Assembly (NCBI GenBank): GCA_964016885.1
Contig: OZ024751.1
Coordinates: 9,548,001 to 9,612,000, forward strand
Reading direction: 5' to 3'
DNA: 64,000 nt
DNA from: Eledone cirrhosa
Taxonomy: Eukaryota
The position numbers and the translations under genes were made by a program. Positions 58,204 to 64,000 of this stretch are shown piece after piece; positions within the stretch are counted from its first letter, which is position 1, and the number at the start of each line of letters is the position of its first letter. The notes below the pieces were generated by a model that did not search any database, had not been told where the DNA came from, and saw only the letters and a program-made list of their open reading frames with translations.

Positions 58204-58331
58204 TGTAATTATTCTTGTCTCCGTCAACATAACACATACACACATACACGCTTATATATATATATATATATACATATATAAGCGTGTACGTATGTGTGTG
58301 TGTAATGTTGACGGACACAAGAATAATTACA
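58204..58331. repeat. Imperfect palindrome centred on a short (TA)n
   Basis: tgtaattattcttgtctccgtcaacat..tacacgcttata / tataagcgtgta..atgttgacggacacaagaataattaca. Confidence 0.8.
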
Positions 58332-58435
58332 CAATGCCGAGGTAAAACTTAGTAACATTCAGCTGATCTTCTGAGTACACTGGTAAAACTCCGGAGTAAC
58401 AAGTCTCATCACTTACCCATGATAAAGAATGAAAC

Positions 58436-58526
<91 letters not shown>

Positions 58527-58900
58527 TATGTGTGTTTGAGTGTGTATTTATGTGCGGGGGTTTATATGTATGTATGTGTATAGGCATGTGTATGTTAAAC
58601 TAAAAGTGTGACATGAAATATTGTTCTATGTGAACTTATATTCAGATGAAATATATTGAGAATGAATAAGTTGAAAATTAATTATGGGTCAATACAATAT
58701 ATCATTTAAATACAACGCTGAATGAATTGGTATATATTTTACATATATTAATCTATGGCTGTGTGCACAATGACAAGCCTGAGACATTTCCTCAGTCACT
58801 ATTTCAATATTTTTTTCTAAATTACTATTTTTATCTACACATAATAATTTGTTATTTAGCGTAGCAGTATAGATTATATATATGCGTACCTATCTATCTA

Positions 58901-58935
<35 letters not shown>

Positions 58936-59395
58936 AATATGGGAAGAAGGATACTGCGTGGTTGCACATGGGTTACATATTATAAAATTAGTCCCTCATC
59001 AGTGATTTGCCAACCGTCATTGGTATTTCATCGCATTAAAAATCATATACCTCAGGTTGGTGCGAGCAATAACTAAAATAAGCTATTGGGACAAGTGAGT
59101 CGCGTAAAGCGAGTGAGACAAGTAAACAACATAGAACGAAAAGCAAACCGAAGATGGGAAAAAAACAAGCAACACGGTTATCCGATCAGCATAAACTGGG
59201 TGAATATCATGAGCGTTCAGAAAACAGACCTTTCGCCGTGATAGATATATATATATATGAGTATATATAAATATTTATATATAAGTGTATTTATATATAT
59301 ATATAAACATGTGTGTGTGTGTGTGTGTGTTTGTTTGTTTGTGTGCATATATATGTGCGTGTGTGTGTGTGTGTGTATGTATATATATATATATC

Positions 59396-59453
<58 letters not shown>

Positions 59454-59552
59454 TATGTATATGTATATAATGAGTGGGAGAGATAAGTAGACAGAAGGAT
59501 TGATGGATGGGTATACGAAAAGATAGATAGAAAGATAGATAGATAGATAAAC

Positions 59553-59620
<68 letters not shown>

Positions 59621-60109
59621 ATACTTGGGGAGGGTCATATTTGTGTAATAATACCAGAATTAATAACAGAAAGGATGTGTTTCTATAAATTGGCCCGCTT
59701 GGTAATTCTATATACATCTGCCGCTTTTTTTACCGTCCATTCTGATGTGTTCTTCCGTGGTCAGTTATGAAGGATCTCAATTTGTATAAAATTTCAAGGA
59801 ATATTGATACTTGTACCTTTATCACAGTACCTACTAAGATTAAACGTGGAGTGACCGGGTTGCTTGTGAATTAGATTGCTTGTGATTCAGACACGAACTT
59901 AGCTGAATACTAGTAGCAGAATATGCAGGTCTCAGTTGCCTGGCTTATTCGACATCGACCGGGATCTGGGATCTGTGTGCCTAGTCAGATATATCTTTAT
60001 AGAACCTACACTTATCATCCATTCAGAACTCAATCCACACCCTCGCCGTCTCAGAATATCAAGAACCAAAGTACCCGTTATAGTCATCATACATAGGGAT
60101 ATCAATGTC

Positions 60110-62830
60110 TACAATATCCAAGATATTCTACTTTCATAGTATATCAAGGTCTATAATAACTAAAATATTCCTTAGATGTAGTATATCAACGACTATAATG
60201 TATAATACATTTTTCAGATATATATCAAGGTCTATTGTATATAATATATTCTACTTTCATAGTATATCAGGGACTATACTGTATAATATATTCTACTTTC
60301 ATAGTATATCAGGAACTATACTGTATAATATATTCTACTTTCATAGTATATCAGGGACTATACTGTATAATATATTCTACTTTCATAGTATATCAGGGAC
60401 TATACTGTATAATATATCCTACTTTCATAGTATATCAGGGACTATACTGTATAATATATTCTACTTTCATAGTATATCAGGGACTATACTGTATAATATA
60501 TTCTACTTTCATAGTATATCAGGGACTATACTGTATAATATATTCTATTTTCATAGTATATCAGGGACTAAACTGTATAATATATTCTACTTTCATAGTA
60601 TATCAGGGACTACACTGTATACTATATTCTACTTTCATAGTATATCAAGGTCTATTGTATATAATATATTCTACTTTCATAGTATATCAGGGACTATACT
60701 GTATAATATATTCTAATTTTATAGTATATCAGGGACTATACTGTATAATATATGCTACTTTCATAGTATATCAGGTTCTATACTGTATAATATATTCTAC
60801 TTTCATAGTATATCAGGGACTATACTGTATAATATATTCTACTTTCATAGTATATCAGGGACTATACTGTATAATATATTCTACTTTCATAGTATATCAG
60901 GGACTACACTGTATACTATATTCTACTTTCATAGTATATCAGGGACTACACTGTATACTATATTCTACTTTCATAGTATATCAGGGATATACTGTATAAT
61001 ATATTCTACATTCATTGTATATCAGGGACTATACTGTATAATATATTCTACTTTCATAGTATATCAGGGATATACTGTATAATATATTCTAATTTTATAG
61101 TATATCAGGGACTATAATGTATAATATATTCTACTTTCATAGTATATCAGGGACTATACTGTATAATATATTCTACTTTCATAGTATATCAGGGACTATA
61201 CTGGATAATATATTCTACTTTCATAGTATATCAGGGACTATACTGTATAATATATTCTACTTTCATAGTATATCAGGGACTATACTGTATAATATATTCT
61301 ACTTTCATAGTATATCAGGGACTATACTGTATAATATATTCTACTTTCACAGTATATCAGGGACTATACTGTATAATATATTCTACTTTCATAGTATATC
61401 AGGGACTATACTGTATAAATATATTATACTTTCATAGTATATCAGGGACTATACTGTATAATATATTCTACTTTCATAGTATATCAGGGATATACTGTAT
61501 AATATATTCTACTTTCATAGTATATCAGGGACTATACTGTATAATATATTCTACTTTCATAGTATATCAGGGACTACACTGTATACTATATTCTACTTTC
61601 ATAGTTTATCAAGGTCTATTGTATATAATATATTCTACTTTCATTGTATATCAGGGATATACTGTATAATATATTCTACTTTCATAGTATATCAAGGTCT
61701 ATTGTATATAATATATTCTACTTTCATAGTATATCAGAGACTATACTGTATAATATATTCTACTTTCATAGTATATCAGGGACTATACTGTATAATATAT
61801 TCTACCTTCATAGTATATGAGGGACTATACTGTATAATATATTCTACTTTCATAGTATATCATGGACTATACTGTATAATCTATTCTACTTTCATAGTAT
61901 ATCAGGGACTATACGGTATAATATATTCTACTTTCATAGTATATCAATGTCTATTGTATATAATATATTCTACTTTCATAGTATATCAGGGACTATACTG
62001 TATGATATATTCTACTTTCATAGTATATCAGGGACTATACTGTATAATATATTCTACTTTCATAGTATATCAGGGACTATACTGTATAATATATTCTACA
62101 TTCATTGTATATCAGGGACTATACTGTATAATATATTCTACTTTCATAGTATATCAGGGATATACTGTATAATATATTCTAATTTTATAGTATATCAGGG
62201 ACTATAATGTATAATATATTCTACTTTCATAGTATATCAGGGACTATACTGTATAATATATTCTACTTTCATAGTATATCAGGGACTATACTGGATAATA
62301 TATTCTACTTTCATAGTATATCAGGGACTATACTGTATAATATATTCTACTTTCATAGTATATCATGGACTATACTGCATAATCTATTCTACTTTCATAG
62401 TATATCAGGGACTATACGGTATAATATATTCTACTTTCATAGTATATCAATGTCTATTGTATATAATATATTCTACTTTCATAGTATATCAGGGACTATA
62501 CTGTATAATATATTCTACTTTCATAGTATATCAGGGACTATACTGTATAATATATTCTACTTTCATAGTATATCAGGGACTATACTGTATAATATATTCT
62601 ACCTTCATAGTATATGAGGGACTATACTGTATAATATATTCTACTTTCATAGTATATCAGTGACTATACTGTATAATCTATTCTACTTTCATAGTATATC
62701 AGGGACTATACGGTATAATATATTCTACTTTCATAGTATATCAAGGTCTATTGTATATAATATTTTCTACTTTCATAGTATATCAAGTTCAATAGTATGT
62801 AATATATTCTACATAAATAGTATATCAAGG
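60110..62830. repeat. 42-bp minisatellite atagtatatcagggactatactgtataatatattctactttc (~2.7 kb)
   Basis: About 60 units; a period divisible by 3 explains the repetitive ORFs. Confidence 0.97.
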
Positions 62831-63012
62831 TATTCTGTATGCAACATGTTCTTCATACGTAAGGTATCAATGGTTAGTTCATCCAATATATTATTTAGAA
62901 ATCCTAAACACGAAACCTCAATATGCAATCTCTCCTACAGATTCTGTACCTAAAATTATATGTAAAGATTCGTTCCCAATTTGAGACGGCAATAATGCTC
63001 CCGGGTCAGCCC

Positions 63013-63278
63013 ACGGAAAAAGACGGGACAGGTGTAAAATCGGAAAAAGACGGGACAGGTGTTAAATCGGAAAAAGACGGGCGGGTGTAAAATCGCTAAA
63101 AGACGGGACATTTGTAAAATCGGAAAAAGACGGGACAGGTGTAAAATCGGAAAAAGACGGGCAGGTGTAAAATCGGAAAAGGACGGGACAGGTGTAAAAT
63201 CGGAAAAAACTGGCAGGTGTAAAATCGGAAAAAGACGGGACAGGTGTAAAATCGGAAAAAGACGGGACAGGTGTAAAA
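63013..63278. repeat. 27-bp minisatellite aaaatcggaaaaagacgggacaggtgt (~10 units)
   Basis: Direct reading. Confidence 0.95.
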
Positions 63279-64000
63279 GCTAAACGAGCTATCTTCAATT
63301 GTGTGTTCGTGCCGACCGTTACCACGCTTGGGTAATACCACCAATAATACAAACGGGCATGGGGCTCCCTTGAAGCATCTTTGGGGTAACGTTACTTGGT
63401 AGGGTGCGACGCTTGGAGATCAGGGTGTTGCTCCAAGTGAAGCCATTACTTTTTCACATCAATAGATCACAGCTCCGATCCTACAGATACGTGATTAGAA
63501 TGTCTAAGGTAAGAATCACGAGATAAAATTAATAGTCAAACAAAACTGAAATGAGACCCCGAGGTTGACCACAATCATGAAATGTCCACTTTCCTTCACC
63601 CAAATTGGCGGCCTTAGAAGTCATTATTGATATTGCTTCTGTTACTTTGGCTGTCTTTACTTCAAGAATTATTTTAACATGTGCTGCTGTGCTGTGTCTC
63701 GTGTATTACACTCGTTTGTTGTTATATTGCTGCTGTTGCTGTTAGATTTGCTACTGCTGCAGTTGTTGCTGCTATTGATATTGTTATTGTTGTTATTGTT
63801 TCCAGCTCCCAGTATCCCATCTCTCACTCTCTCAGATAGACAAACACTGGTGGCAAGCAAAAATTATTATTTAAAAGCTACTGTCCACATCGTTCGTCTG
63901 TTCATGTAATTCTCTTCAGTGCATTCCTTTACCATTCTCCATCTCCATCATTCTGTCATTCTATGCTGCTATGATGATATATTTAACGGTACTAGTAAAC

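Noticed and set aside
60105-62953. Repetitive ORFs (FHSISGTILYNIFY / STFIVYQGLYCIIY)
   Set aside because: Product of a 42-bp minisatellite; frames are broken by 41-bp variant units.
63669-63909. Asn/Ser-rich or Leu-rich ORFs at the window end
   Set aside because: Low-complexity trinucleotide tract without a domain or splice evidence; could be UTR but cannot be supported.

Overview
AT-rich, microsatellite-saturated eukaryotic DNA. The SINE families and repeat density suggest a coleoid cephalopod, probably an octopus (inference). I can support no host protein-coding exon; almost all ORF-track entries are translations of (TA)n, (CA)n, (CT)n or (GAT)n tracts or of minisatellites. The window holds two decayed Penelope-like elements (a GIY-YIG 3' part at 46.6-48.7 kb and an RT copy at 49.2-52.5 kb), four RTE-type LINE fragments, one L1/Tx1-like and one CRE-like fragment, many tRNA-derived SINEs, Helitron-like, hAT and Tc1/mariner MITEs, and several large minisatellites. 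The most striking unexplained signal is about a dozen intact or decayed minimal type I hammerhead ribozyme motifs (stem I-CUGANGA-stem II-GAAA-palindromic stem III-NUH-stem I'). They occur in several apparently unrelated short non-coding modules set in (TA)n tracts, some carry long or branched stem II insertions, and several lie in fold-back palindromes whose turning point is at or just upstream of the core. This suggests families of non-autonomous, Penelope-mobilised, (TA)n-associated retrozyme-like elements. All folds were derived by eye; nothing was computed or searched.
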